NCBI GenBank assembly: GCA_963827475.1
Contig: CAWHAZ010000005.1
Span: forward strand, 416,001-480,000
Source of the DNA: an uncultured Chloroflexia bacterium
Lineage (GTDB): Bacteria; Chloroflexota; Limnocylindria; QHBO01
Length of the DNA stretch: 64,000 nt
Direction: 5' to 3'
Shown: positions 1-9,994 of the stretch, in pieces
How positions within the stretch are numbered: position 1 is the stretch's first letter
How the letters are laid out: every line of letters starts with the position of its first letter
The notes under the pieces: generated by a model
Databases searched by the model: none
Told to the model about the DNA's origin: nothing
Seen by the model: only the letters and a program-made list of their open reading frames with translations
Program-made: the position numbers and the translations under genes

Positions 1-757
1 CGTGCCGGCGAGCGCCGCCGCTCGGCGAACCACCTCCCCGAGCGTGGTGATCTCCCCACCGAGCGCGTACGCCTCGCCGATCGTGCCGCGGTCGTGGACG
101 AGGAGGATGCCGGCGGCCACGTCATCCACGTGGACCAGGGATACACCGAGGTCGGCAGCGTTCAGCACGGTCAAGGTGCCATCGATCGCCTGCTTCACGA
201 CGCCACCGAGTTCCGAGTGATCGCCAGGCCCGTAGTTCTGTCCCGGCATCGCGATGAGGACTGGCGCACCGGCCGCGATCCGCTCCTCCGCCGCCAGGTG
301 GGCCAGGTACTTCGTCTCGTCGTAGTACGACAGAAAAGCCGGGGGTTGCGGCCGGCGATAGCCCTCGTCCACGACCCTGCCACTGGTGTTCCCAAACACG
401 TTGATCGTGGACACGTGCACGATTCGTGGCACCGCAGCGTTGATGGCGGCATCCAGCACGGTTCGGGTGGCCACCACGTTGGCGGTGAACATCGCCACGT
501 GCTCCGACTCGGGAATCCCAACCCGGTAGCTGCCGGCGAGGTGGAACACCGCATCCGCGCCGGTGAGCGATCTCCGCCAGGCGCTCGACCGTGACCGAAC
601 CGAGATCGGCCTCGACCAGCTGGCACCCGAGCGCGGCCAGGGCAGCGGCCCGCTCCTGGTCGCGGACGATGGCCACCAACTCGTCGTCTCGCTCCCGGAG
701 CGTGCGGACGAGTGCCTGACCGATGAAGCCGGCCCCGCCGGTGACAACCGCCCTCAT
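1..757 (-). CDS. NAD-dependent epimerase/dehydratase (extended SDR); frameshift near 570; runs off window start
   Basis: MRAVVTGGAGFIG Rossmann motif; after the shift the frame reads DAVFHLAG...YDETKYLAH (YxxxK)...VHVDDVA. Confidence 0.85.
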
Positions 758-842
758 GCGGCCATGATGACGGGACAGGACCTTCTGGGTATCGGGCAGG
801 AATGCGGCGAGCGGCTATGCTCCGCCGGTGACCACCACCTCC

Positions 843-1673
843 ATGAGCTCCCGCGGGCTCCCCATCGCGGTCCTCGTTTTGAGCCTGCTGTTCTTCTGGG
901 CGTGGGTCTGGTTCGCCGTCGCCGGTGGCGGCGGTCTGACCGATCCTGCCGAGATCCTGACCCAGGGCGCCCAGGCCACCTCCGATGCCGACAGCTTCCA
1001 CCTGTCACTCACGGTGGACGGCAGCATGACCGATGCCGACACCGGCCAGCCGGTGTCGCTCGACGGGATGACGGTCGCCGGAGACCTCGACATCGCGGGC
1101 AAGGCAGCCCACCTCACCTTTGCGCTGCCGATGCTGATGGGAATGTCGGGCGAGGCGATCGTCATCGGTGAGGACATGTACCTCCTCACGCCGATGGTCG
1201 ACGAGTGGCTGCACCTGACCGGCGAGCCGGAGAACGGCGATGAGCCGGCCGGCGAGCCGCCGACGGACGAGGAGATCGCGGCCAAGGTCGACGAGCTGCT
1301 CACGACCGATGGGGTGGGGGTTGCGAAGCTGGCCGACCAGCCGTGCGGCGACGACACCTGCTACCACCTCCAGCTCTCCATCTCGGCCGAGGCCATCGCC
1401 GCGCGCCACGGGGAGATGCCCGCGCCGACCGACATGGGCGAGCTTGGCGGCCTCGTGCCGAACCCGGAGTTCACCGGCCCGGTGGTCATGGATCTCCTGT
1501 TCCAGACCGACGGGCTGTGGCTGCGTCAGGTGACCGTGGTCAGTGAGGGCGACGCGGGCGAGGCGACCATGGCGCTCGAGCTGAGCGAGTTCAACACCGC
1601 CTTCGACATCAGCCCGCCACCGGCCGACCAGGTCATCGAGGCAGAGGACTTCCCCTTCTTCCAGGTGCCCTGA
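843..1673 (+). CDS. LppX/LprAFG-like membrane-anchored exported protein
   Basis: N-terminal TM helix, acidic beta-rich body, CGDDTCYH and 'FNTAFDISPPPADQV' C-terminus typical of LolA-like LppX proteins. Confidence 0.55.
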   Translation: MSSRGLPIAVLVLSLLFFWAWVWFAVAGGGGLTDPAEILTQGAQATSDADSFHLSLTVDGSMTDADTGQPVSLDGMTVAGDLDIAGKAAHLTFALPMLMGMSGEAIVIGEDMYLLTPMVDEWLHLTGEPENGDEPAGEPPTDEEIAAKVDELLTTDGVGVAKLADQPCGDDTCYHLQLSISAEAIAARHGEMPAPTDMGELGGLVPNPEFTGPVVMDLLFQTDGLWLRQVTVVSEGDAGEATMALELSEFNTAFDISPPPADQVIEAEDFPFFQVP

Positions 1674-1788
1674 GCCCAAGCCGGCTCGAACGAACCGCTT
1701 TCCCGGGCCGGTAGAATGGGCCCGATCGACGCGATTCGAATGCCGTGCCGCCCCATGGCGTCGCGTCAAGTGCTCGGAGGAACTGGTC

Positions 1789-2880
1789 ATGAGCAGACGC
1801 GTCATTCCCGTCGGCTTCCTACTCATCGCGCTGGTCATCGCCGCGTGCGAGTCGTCGCCCAGCCCATCCCCATCGGGGGAGCCGTCGGCTGGCGAGTCTG
1901 CATCAGCGGTTCCGACACCGGGTGAGCCGCCCGCGGAGGGCCGCCTGGCCCTCGTGCAGGAGCGGGGACAGTTGATCTGCGGAATCAACGGCAGCCTGCC
2001 GGGATTCAGCTTCCTGGACTCGGCGAGTGGCGAAACCACCGGATTCGACGCCGACTTCTGTCGCGCGGTCGCCGCCGCTGTCTTGGGCGATCCGACCCTG
2101 GTGGAGTTCCGAGCGCTTAACGCCGACGCTCGTGGACCGGCTCTCCAGAGCCAGGAGATTGACGTCCTGATCCGCAACACCACGTGGACCGTGACCCGCG
2201 ACACGGATTGGGGCCTCTTCGCGCCGACCACGTTCTACGACGGCCAGGGCATGATGGTTCGCTCTGCGGACGGGATCAGCTCGCTCGCAGACCTGGAGGG
2301 CGCCACCATCTGCGTCCAGACCGGCACGACCACCGAGCTGAACCTGGCCGATGTGTTCGGGTCCGAAGGCATCGATTTCACCCCGCTGCCATTCGGCGAG
2401 ATCGAGCAGACCTACTCGGCGTACGACGAGGGCAGCTGCGACGCAGTCACCAGCGACCGCTCACAGCTGATCGCGCAGCGGACCACGCTCAGCAACCCGG
2501 ACGACCACGTCGTCCTGGAAGAGGTCATGTCCAAGGAGCCTCTGGGCCCCGTCGTTCCGCACGGGGACGAGGGGTGGTTCAACATCGTCAAGTGGGTGGT
2601 CTTTGCCACCATCGAGTCAGAGGAGCGGGGAATCACCCAGGACAACGTGGCCGACATGGTCGGCAGCGACAACGTGGTGATTGCCCGCCTGCTCGGGGCA
2701 GAGGGAGATCTCGGTCTGGGGCTGGAGCCCGACTGGGTGGTGGACGTGATCACCGCCGTCGGTAACTACGGCGAGATCTACGAGCGCAACCTGGGTCCCG
2801 GGACCCCGTTCGACCTCGATCGCGGGCCGAACAGCCTGTGGACCGAAGGTGGGCTCCTGTACGCACCGCCCTACCGGTAG
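1789..2880 (+). CDS. aapJ: General L-amino acid ABC transporter substrate-binding lipoprotein (AapJ/BztA)
   Basis: Lipobox IAAC; GFDADFCRAVAAA, RNTTWT, SKEPLGP, GNYGEIYERNLG, GGLLYAPP motifs; GGAGG RBS. Confidence 0.92.
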   Translation: MSRRVIPVGFLLIALVIAACESSPSPSPSGEPSAGESASAVPTPGEPPAEGRLALVQERGQLICGINGSLPGFSFLDSASGETTGFDADFCRAVAAAVLGDPTLVEFRALNADARGPALQSQEIDVLIRNTTWTVTRDTDWGLFAPTTFYDGQGMMVRSADGISSLADLEGATICVQTGTTTELNLADVFGSEGIDFTPLPFGEIEQTYSAYDEGSCDAVTSDRSQLIAQRTTLSNPDDHVVLEEVMSKEPLGPVVPHGDEGWFNIVKWVVFATIESEERGITQDNVADMVGSDNVVIARLLGAEGDLGLGLEPDWVVDVITAVGNYGEIYERNLGPGTPFDLDRGPNSLWTEGGLLYAPPYR

Positions 2881-2890
2881 ACGAAGACCA

Positions 2891-2924
2891 AGCCTCGGGG
2901 CGGGGCACGCTCCGCCCCGAGGCT
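2891..2924 (+). terminator. Strong intercistronic hairpin between aapJ and aapQ (partial terminator or mRNA stabiliser)
   Basis: AGCCTCGGGGCGGGG-CACG-CTCCGCCCCGAGGCT inverted repeat with no U-tract. Confidence 0.6.
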
Positions 2925-2941
2925 GATTCCAGGCCCAGGCC

Positions 2942-4132
2942 GTGACCCAGGCCGGGCACCCGGACCATCAGCACGCCACGCCTCCACCGTGGCGCGACGC
3001 CCGCGTGCTCCGCGTCGCCGTGCAGCTCGTGGTGCTGCTGGCCGTCGCGATCGGGGTTGCCTTTCTGCTGAACAACCTCGTCACGGCCATGGGCGAGCGG
3101 GGCTTGACGTTCGGGTATTCCTTCCTTGATCGCCGGGCCGGATTCGAGATTGGCGAGAGCCCGATCCCGTACAACGCCGACGAGTCGTACGGGCAGGCGT
3201 TCATCGTCGGCCTGCTGAACACCCTGTTCGTCAGCCTGGTTGGAATCGTGCTGGCCACGCTGTTGGGGGTGCTCATCGGCGTGGCGCGCCTGTCCCCCAA
3301 CTGGCTCATCGCCAAGGTCGCGGCTGGCTACGTGGAGGTCATCCGCAACACGCCCCTTCTTGTCCAGCTGTTCCTGATCTACTTCGCCGTCCTGCTCCAG
3401 CTCCCCGGAGTCCGGGAATCGATCTCCCTTCCCGGACCGATCTTCCTGAACCAGCGGGGCCTCTTCGTGCCAGGCCCCCAGCTCAGCGCGACCTTCGGCA
3501 CGTGGCTCGCGTTACTGGGTGCGGGACTCGTCATCGTGGTTGGCGCGCGGATCGTCGCTTCGCGGCGGGGAGCAGCGGGGCGTCCGTCGTATCGCATCGG
3601 CGCCGTCGCCTGGCTCGTCTTCATCGGTCTCGCCGTCGGCGGCTGGATGGTGCTCGGCGACCCGCCCCTGACATTTGACCCTCCGGTGTCCGGCCGATTC
3701 AACATCACCGGCGGACTCGCCCTCTCGACCTCGTTCACGGCCCTGCTGATCGGGCTGGTGATCTACACCGCCGCGTTCATCGCGGAGGTTGTGCGTGGCG
3801 GCATCCAGGCCGTGCGCCGAGGCCAACTGGAGGCGGCCCGCGCGCTCGGGCTGTCGGAGGTTGACACGCTTCGGCTGGTGGTCTTTCCACAGGCCTTGCG
3901 GGTGATCGTCCCGCCCCTGACCAGCCAGTACCTGAACCTGGTCAAGAACTCGAGCCTGGCGATCGCCGTCGGCTATCCGGACCTGTTCAAGGTCGGGACC
4001 ACGATGGCCAACCAGACCGGCCAGCCGGTGCCGGTGATGGCCCTCGTGATGGCCACGTACCTCGCCATCAGCCTGGCCACCTCGGCGCTGATGAACCTCT
4101 ACAACCGGCGAATCCAGGTCCTGGAGCGGTAG
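2942..4132 (+). CDS. aapQ: Amino acid ABC transporter permease (AapQ/BztB)
   Basis: RNTPLLVQL, EVVRGGIQAV..GQLEAARALGL (EAA loop), KNSSLAIAVGYPDL. Confidence 0.92.
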   Translation: MTQAGHPDHQHATPPPWRDARVLRVAVQLVVLLAVAIGVAFLLNNLVTAMGERGLTFGYSFLDRRAGFEIGESPIPYNADESYGQAFIVGLLNTLFVSLVGIVLATLLGVLIGVARLSPNWLIAKVAAGYVEVIRNTPLLVQLFLIYFAVLLQLPGVRESISLPGPIFLNQRGLFVPGPQLSATFGTWLALLGAGLVIVVGARIVASRRGAAGRPSYRIGAVAWLVFIGLAVGGWMVLGDPPLTFDPPVSGRFNITGGLALSTSFTALLIGLVIYTAAFIAEVVRGGIQAVRRGQLEAARALGLSEVDTLRLVVFPQALRVIVPPLTSQYLNLVKNSSLAIAVGYPDLFKVGTTMANQTGQPVPVMALVMATYLAISLATSALMNLYNRRIQVLER

Positions 4133-4137
4133 GGGCC

Positions 4138-5331
4138 ATGAGCGGAACGACCCTCCCACCGCCGCCCGCCACCATCGGGCCCGTCGCCTGGCTGCGGAAG
4201 AACCTGTTCTCGGGTCCGGTCAGCTCGCTCATGTCGGTGTTGATCGGTGGGCTGCTGCTGGCGCTGGCCATCACGGTTGCCCAATGGGCGATTTCTGAAG
4301 CGCGCTGGGACGTCATCACCCGCAACATGCGGTTGTTCCTGATTGGCCAGTACCCGCCAGACCTGGCCTGGCGGATCTGGCTCTCCCTGCTGATCCTGTC
4401 CGGCCTGGCCGGCCTCTCGGCGGGTGCCTTTGGGCGGACCACCCGGGCGCTGGCGATTTCGCTGTCGGCCTTCCAGGCGATGCTCGCCGGCTTGCTGGCC
4501 GTGTCGTCGGTGGGGCCGCTGATCGTCATCGGCATGGTGCTGAATGCCGCCTTGGTGTGGGCCGGGCTCGTCGTCGGGCTGCGCCGACTCGTCCCGCGGC
4601 GTCCGCTGCGGATCGGGTGGCTGATCTCGATGCCGGTCATCATCCTCTTGCTGAACGGGTTCCCCGGCACGCCACTGGCAGCGGTCAGCTCGAACCTGTG
4701 GGGCGGGCTCCTGCTGACCGTCCTGCTCGCCACGGTCGGTATCCTCCTGTCGTTCCCGCTGGGCGTGCTGCTCGCCCTGGGGCGCCGAAGCACCCTGCCG
4801 GTGGTTCGGACCCTGAGCACGGCCTACATCGAGGTGATCCGCGGTGTCCCGCTCATCACGATCCTGTTCATGGCGGACATCCTGCTGCCGTTCTTCCTGC
4901 CAGGCGAGATTCGGATCGACCGCGTCACGCGGGCGATGGGCGGAATCACGCTCTTCTCGGCCGCGTACGTGGCCGAGAACGTCCGCGGCGGCCTCCAGGC
5001 CATCCCGAGCGGCCAGATCGAGGCGGCCCAGGCGCTCGGGCTCAGCACGGCCAGGATCAACATCCACGTCGTGCTGCCCCAGGCCTTGCGATCGGTCATC
5101 CCGGCCAATGTGGGGCTCTTCATCAGCCTGCTGAAGGACACGACGCTGGTGACCATCATCGGGCTCCTGGAGCTGCTGGGCATCGGTCGCGCCATCCTGG
5201 CCCAGCCAGAGTCGCTGGGGGCGCACCTGGAGGTCTATGTCTTCATCGGCGCCGTCTTCTTTGTGCTGTGCTATGCGATGTCGCAGGCCAGCTATCGGCT
5301 CGAGCAGGCGCTCGGAGTAGGGTCCCGCTGA
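4138..5331 (+). CDS. aapM: Amino acid ABC transporter permease (AapM/BztC)
   Basis: [46 protein letters not shown]. Confidence 0.92.
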   Translation: MSGTTLPPPPATIGPVAWLRKNLFSGPVSSLMSVLIGGLLLALAITVAQWAISEARWDVITRNMRLFLIGQYPPDLAWRIWLSLLILSGLAGLSAGAFGRTTRALAISLSAFQAMLAGLLAVSSVGPLIVIGMVLNAALVWAGLVVGLRRLVPRRPLRIGWLISMPVIILLLNGFPGTPLAAVSSNLWGGLLLTVLLATVGILLSFPLGVLLALGRRSTLPVVRTLSTAYIEVIRGVPLITILFMADILLPFFLPGEIRIDRVTRAMGGITLFSAAYVAENVRGGLQAIPSGQIEAAQALGLSTARINIHVVLPQALRSVIPANVGLFISLLKDTTLVTIIGLLELLGIGRAILAQPESLGAHLEVYVFIGAVFFVLCYAMSQASYRLEQALGVGSR

Positions 5332-5347
5332 GGGACGAGGAGAACGA

Positions 5348-6112
5348 GTGACGACTGAGCGGACGACTGACGCGAAACCGACCGACATCATCGTGGCGCG
5401 TGACGTCCACAAGTGGTTCGGCCAGCTGCACGTCCTGCGCGGGATCAACCTGACGGTTCGGGCCGGTGAGGTGGTCGTCATCTTCGGTGCATCGGGATCG
5501 GGCAAGTCAACCTTCATCCGCACCATCAACCGCCTTGAGGAGCACCAGCGCGGCGAGATCTTCGTCGACGGCATCGAACTGACCAATGACATCCGCAACA
5601 TCGCCGCCGTGCGCAGCGAGATCGGGATGGTCTTCCAGTCGTTCAACCTGTTTCCCCACCTGACCGTCCTCCAGAACGTCGCCCTGGCTCCGATGCGGGT
5701 CCGCAAGTGGCCGCGCGAGCGTGCCGAGCAGGTGGCCATGGACCTCCTCGAGCGGGTGGGGATCCCCGAGCAGGCGCAGAAGTTCCCGGCGCAGCTGTCC
5801 GGCGGGCAGCAGCAGCGGGTGGCGATCGCCCGGGCGCTGGCCATGCAGCCGAAGATCATGCTCTTCGACGAGCCGACCTCGGCGCTCGACCCGGAGATGA
5901 TCAGCGAGGTGCTCGACGCGATGCGGGAGCTGGCTGAGACGGGGATGACGATGGTCTGCATCACCCACGAGATGGGCTTCGCGCGGGCCGTCGCGAATCG
6001 GATGGTCTTCTTCGACGAGGGCGTGATCGTGGAGGAGGGCCCGCCGAAGCAGATCTTCGAGGCGCCGGAGCACCAGAGGACGAAGCGATTCCTCTCGCAG
6101 ATCCTCCACTGA
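5348..6112 (+). CDS. aapP: Amino acid ABC transporter ATP-binding protein (AapP/BztD)
   Basis: [35 protein letters not shown]. Confidence 0.95.
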   Translation: MTTERTTDAKPTDIIVARDVHKWFGQLHVLRGINLTVRAGEVVVIFGASGSGKSTFIRTINRLEEHQRGEIFVDGIELTNDIRNIAAVRSEIGMVFQSFNLFPHLTVLQNVALAPMRVRKWPRERAEQVAMDLLERVGIPEQAQKFPAQLSGGQQQRVAIARALAMQPKIMLFDEPTSALDPEMISEVLDAMRELAETGMTMVCITHEMGFARAVANRMVFFDEGVIVEEGPPKQIFEAPEHQRTKRFLSQILH

Positions 6113-6147
6113 GGCTCAGGCGCGCAAATGCGCCGATCTCGGTGGGG

Positions 6148-6223
6148 TGGTGGAGATGAGGGGACTCGAACCCCTGACCCCCGCGATGCGAACGCGGTGC
6201 TCTCCCAGCTGAGCTACATCCCC
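6148..6223 (-). tRNA. tRNA-Ala (anticodon CGC), CCA encoded
   Basis: Reverse complement GGGGATGTAGCTCAGCTGGGAGAGCACCGCGTT-CGC-ATCGCGGGGGTCAGGGGTTCGAGTCCCCTCATCTCCACCA; 76 nt; G3:U70 Ala identity pair. Confidence 0.97.
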
Positions 6224-6316
6224 ACGGGGCGCCTTGCGAGGCGCAGGACGAGGCGTCCGCGAGGATAGCACGACGCTCCCGGAAGGCCCTCCCACGCGTA
6301 ATCTCAGGGGATTGTC

Positions 6317-6340
6317 ATAGAACATCTGTTCTATTAGACT
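6317..6340 (+). promoter_or_regulatory. LexA (Cheo-type GAAC-N4-GTTC) SOS box next to -10 TAGACT of imuA
   Basis: ATAGAAC-ATCT-GTTCTAT palindrome 6317-6334, TAGACT 6335-6340, GTG start 7 nt later. Confidence 0.9.
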
Positions 6341-6347
6341 GACCGAT

Positions 6348-7139
6348 GTGACCCTGCCCGCCGTTCAGCCGCTCCCCGAGGTGCTCGATGCGCTTCGCGA
6401 GCGCGGCCTGCGGCGAGGCGTGACGCCGCTCCCCGGGGAGGTGGTGGTCCCCGCCGTCCCCACCGGTCACGCCGCGCTGGACGAGGCGCTGGCCACCGGT
6501 GGCTGGCCCCGGGGAGCGTTGGCCGTGCTGGATGCCGCTCCCGGCCACGGCGCCACGTCGCTGGCCCTCGATGCGGCCGCTGCCAGCCAGGCGGCCGGGG
6601 GCCTGGTGGCGTGGATCGACCTGGCCGGCACGTTCGACCCGGCCTGCGCCGCGCGCCGCGGGGTCAACCTCGAATGGCTGCTCCTCGTCCGCCCCGCCGA
6701 CGTGACCGAGGCCGTGGAGCTGGCCGCCTGGCTGGCCCGCTCGCGTCTCCTCGACCTGCTGGTGCTGGACCTGGACGGACCGGCCGTCCCGCGCTTCGAG
6801 CGGCTGGCCGCCCTCCTGCCCCGCTCCGACGCCATAGCCCTGCTCATCGGTCCGCCAGCCCTGCGCCAGGCCGCCGGCAAGGTGGCCGGGGTCCGTCTCC
6901 GTCTCGAGCGCCGGGCCTGGCTGGCCGTCGGCCGCGACCTCGTCGGCCTCCGCACCGCGGCTTCGGTGACCCGTCACCGCTGGGCGCTGGCCGGCGGCCA
7001 CGCCGAGCTCGACCTGTGGTTCGGGGAGGGCCGCCGCATCGACTCGCTGCTCCCGGCCCTCGCCGCGCCGGAGCATCCGTCGGTCGAGCCAATCGAGCTT
7101 CCGGTCGAACATCCCGCGCTGGTCGTCCTCAGCGCCTGA
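6348..7139 (+). CDS. imuA: ImuA-like RecA-family protein
   Basis: PTGHAALDEALATGGWPRG, degenerate Walker A (GHGATS), VAWIDLAGTFDP, LLLVRP; upstream of imuB and SOS-boxed. Confidence 0.85.
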   Translation: MTLPAVQPLPEVLDALRERGLRRGVTPLPGEVVVPAVPTGHAALDEALATGGWPRGALAVLDAAPGHGATSLALDAAAASQAAGGLVAWIDLAGTFDPACAARRGVNLEWLLLVRPADVTEAVELAAWLARSRLLDLLVLDLDGPAVPRFERLAALLPRSDAIALLIGPPALRQAAGKVAGVRLRLERRAWLAVGRDLVGLRTAASVTRHRWALAGGHAELDLWFGEGRRIDSLLPALAAPEHPSVEPIELPVEHPALVVLSA

Positions 7140-7158
7140 CGGTCCCAGGGGCATACCG

Positions 7159-8220
7159 ATGCGAGTCCTGATGCTGGTCTGGCCCACCCTCCGGACTGCG
7201 GAGGCCACCGCCCAGTGGGAGGCGCTGCTCGACCGGCTGGATGACCTCTCCCCGCGGATCGAGGCGCTGGAAGAGGGCGTGGCGCTCGTCGACGTGACCG
7301 GCCTCGAACCGATGCATGGCTCGGAACGACGAGTCGCCGCTCGAGCGGTGGCCCTGGCCGGGACGTATCCGGTGCGGGTCGGGATCGGGGACAACCGATG
7401 GCTGGCGTCGCTCGCCGTTCGGCTGGCCCGCGGCGACGAGCGGGCCGCGTGCCTGATCCTGCCCGCCGGCGAGGGGCGCGCGACGCTCGCCCCGATGCCC
7501 ATCGGTCTGTTGCCGGCGGAGCCGGCCGTGAAGGATCGGTTCAGCCTGTTCGGGCTGACGACCATGGGCCAGCTGGCCGGGCTGCCGCGGTCGGCGGTGG
7601 CGGCCCAGTTCGGGGAGGTGGGGGAGCGGCTCCAGGCGCTCGCCCGCGGGGAGGACCCGAGACCCCTCGTCCCGCGCCGCCGGCCGGAGCGGCTGGCCAC
7701 CTCGGTCCGCTTCGAGCCGCCGGCGGAGGGCGTGACCGAGATCACCCTCGCCCTGCGTCGCGCGGCGACGGCCCTGACCGACCGGCTCGGCGGCCGTCAC
7801 CTCGCCCCGGGCCGCGCGGTCCTCGCCCTGGACCGGGAGTCGGCCGCGCCCCTCACCGTTCACCTGGCCCTCCCCGAGCCCAGCACCGACCCGGACTGGA
7901 TCACCCGCCTGCTGCTCGCCCGCCTCGAGGCCCAGGTGCGGGGCAGTGCCGGCGGCGAGGACGAGGCGCGGATCACGTCCCTGGCCCTCACCCTCGACCG
8001 CCTCACCAACCCCGCCGCCCGCCAGCTCCCCGCCTTCGAGCCCCAGGCCGGCCGGTGGGAGGAGCTCCGCTGGTCGGTGGAGCGGATCGGCGCCCGGTTC
8101 GGGGACGGCCGCCTGTGGCGGGCGGTCGTGGATCGGCCCACCGCGGCGCTGCCCGAGCGGCAGGCACGGCTGGTCGAGATCGGCCACGAGGCCGGTCACG
8201 AGGCCGGCACTCAACCGTGA
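7159..8220 (+). CDS. imuB: ImuB-like catalytically dead Y-family polymerase (shortened)
   Basis: LSPRIE..EGVALVDVTGL, RVGIGDNRWLA, LAPMPIGLLP, FGLTTMGQLAGLP, LARGEDPRPL; catalytic Asp/Glu motifs absent. Confidence 0.85.
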   Translation: MRVLMLVWPTLRTAEATAQWEALLDRLDDLSPRIEALEEGVALVDVTGLEPMHGSERRVAARAVALAGTYPVRVGIGDNRWLASLAVRLARGDERAACLILPAGEGRATLAPMPIGLLPAEPAVKDRFSLFGLTTMGQLAGLPRSAVAAQFGEVGERLQALARGEDPRPLVPRRRPERLATSVRFEPPAEGVTEITLALRRAATALTDRLGGRHLAPGRAVLALDRESAAPLTVHLALPEPSTDPDWITRLLLARLEAQVRGSAGGEDEARITSLALTLDRLTNPAARQLPAFEPQAGRWEELRWSVERIGARFGDGRLWRAVVDRPTAALPERQARLVEIGHEAGHEAGTQP

Positions 8221-8471
8221 CCCGCCTCCACGCCACGCATCCCCTGGTCCAGGTCGACACCGACGAGGCTGGCACGCCCGTCCGCCTCCGGCTGGACGGC
8301 GAGACCCATGGCGAGATCGGCATCTGCAACCGCTGGCGGCTGGTCGACGACTGGTGGCGCGAGCCGGTGGCCCGCGCCTACTTCAAGCTCGTCACCCGCG
8401 ACGGGCTGCTGTGCACCGTCTTCCTCGACGAGATCCGCGGCACCTGGCACCTGGAGCGCATCTTCGACTGA
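8217..8471 (+). CDS. 84-aa DUF6504-like protein resembling the ImuB C-terminal domain
   Basis: GTGA overlap with imuB stop; NRWRLVDDWW...RAYFKLVT.DG....F.D...GTWHLERIFD. Confidence 0.8.
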   Translation: MTRLHATHPLVQVDTDEAGTPVRLRLDGETHGEIGICNRWRLVDDWWREPVARAYFKLVTRDGLLCTVFLDEIRGTWHLERIFD

Positions 8472-8487
8472 CCGATGCCGCCGCCGG

Positions 8488-9229
8488 TCAGCTCCCCGGC
8501 GCCACGATCAGCAGGACCCCCAGCGCGGTGACGAGGACGAACACGAAGCGTCGGAACGTGTCCTCCGGCAGGCGACGGAGGATCGGCGTCGCCAGGAGCG
8601 TGCCGAGGACGACGCCAACCGCCGCGACCACGACGTACGGCCAGTTGGCCGCGATCTCGGCGCCGCCGGTGACGAGGTAGACCGGAAGCCGCGCGGCATC
8701 CACGGCGAGCGCGATCCCGGTGGCGGTGGCCACCGTCGCCGCGGGTGAGAGGCCGAAGTGCAGGAGCGCGGCGGCCCGAATGCCGCCCTGGTTGCCGACC
8801 AGGCCGCCGAACGCGCCGGACGCCATGCCGGCGGCCACCGCCCACGGCCCAGCCGGGATCCGCATCCGTGCCGTGAGACCGGTCAGACCCGCCCAGCCCC
8901 GAGAAGATGAGCAGGACGCCCAGGATGATCCCCATCGTCCGGCTGGCGAGCACGGTCAGGAACAGCGCGCCGACCAGCCCGCCGATCGCGCTCGCCGTCC
9001 CGAAGGTGAGCAGCACGCGCCGGTCGACGTTGCCCCGCAGGAGCCACAGGCGCAGGGCGGTGGCCGCCGCGTGGGGAATGGCCACCAGCAGGACGGCCGT
9101 CTTCGTGCCGAACTCGATCGCGACGAGCGGCGTCAGGAGGCTGCCGATCCCGAATCCGGCGATCGCCGCCACGCCGCCGGCGAAGATCGCGACGAGGAGA
9201 AGGACGACCAGCAGCACGGCCACTAGCAT
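8488..9229 (-). CDS. TauE/SafE (TSUP) family exporter; frameshift near 8880
   Basis: AIAGFGIGSLLTPL; GAFGGLVGNQGGIR in the second frame; multiple TM helices. Confidence 0.8.
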
Positions 9230-9235
9230 GACGCG

Positions 9236-9985
9236 ATGTTCGTCATCGATCGGCTGTGGCCCGACCCCGCGGCCGGCCTCGACCTGGATGCCGCGTTCGC
9301 CGATCTCACCCTGCCCGAGCCGCCGGCCGGACGCCCGTGGATCGGCCTGAACATGGTCACCAGCCTCGACGGCCGGGCGCAGCGGGATGGGACGGCCGAT
9401 GACATCGGCGATCGGGCCGACCGGCGGCTCATGCGCCTGCTGCGGGTCCCGTTCGACGCGGTGGCGATCGGGATCGGCACCCTGCGCGCGGTGGACGGCT
9501 GGACCGACCTGCCCGCCGACCTGGCAGCGGTTCGGGCGGCGGCGGGGCGTCCGCCGCAGCCGCTGGGGGTGCTGATCGCCGGCAGCGGACCGATCTCGAC
9601 CGATCGGCGCTGGTTCACGACCGACCAGCCGCGGCTGGTGGTGGTCGGGCGGGACGGTCCGCGACAGGTCGAGGGGGCCGAGGTGCTGGCCGCGCCGACA
9701 CCACATCCCGAGCCCGACTGGGTGGCCGGCGCGTTGCGGGAGCGGGGGATCGGCTCCGTCCTGCTCGAGGGCGGACCCACCGTCAACGCCCGCTTCCACG
9801 CCGCGGGGCTCATCGACGAGCTGTTCTGGACGGTGGGGCCGTGGCTGCTCGGCGGGGAGGGCCTGCCCATGATCGCCCCGGATCCCCCGACCCAGAACCC
9901 GCGGCCGGCCTCGCTGGTGAGCGTCCACCGCCACGGGGACGAGCTGTTCCTCCGCTACCGGTTCGGAACGGGGAGCAGCGGGTAG
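9236..9985 (+). CDS. RibD C-terminal / dihydrofolate-reductase-family oxidoreductase
   Basis: NMVTSLDG, D..LMRLLR, GIGTLR, VLLEGGPTVN, GLIDEL, ELFLRY. Confidence 0.88.
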   Translation: MFVIDRLWPDPAAGLDLDAAFADLTLPEPPAGRPWIGLNMVTSLDGRAQRDGTADDIGDRADRRLMRLLRVPFDAVAIGIGTLRAVDGWTDLPADLAAVRAAAGRPPQPLGVLIAGSGPISTDRRWFTTDQPRLVVVGRDGPRQVEGAEVLAAPTPHPEPDWVAGALRERGIGSVLLEGGPTVNARFHAAGLIDELFWTVGPWLLGGEGLPMIAPDPPTQNPRPASLVSVHRHGDELFLRYRFGTGSSG

Positions 9986-9994
9986 CATCGGTCC

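Noticed and set aside
6148-6223. tRNA as integration site of a genomic island
   Set aside because: No integrase and no duplicated tRNA 3' end seen in the window
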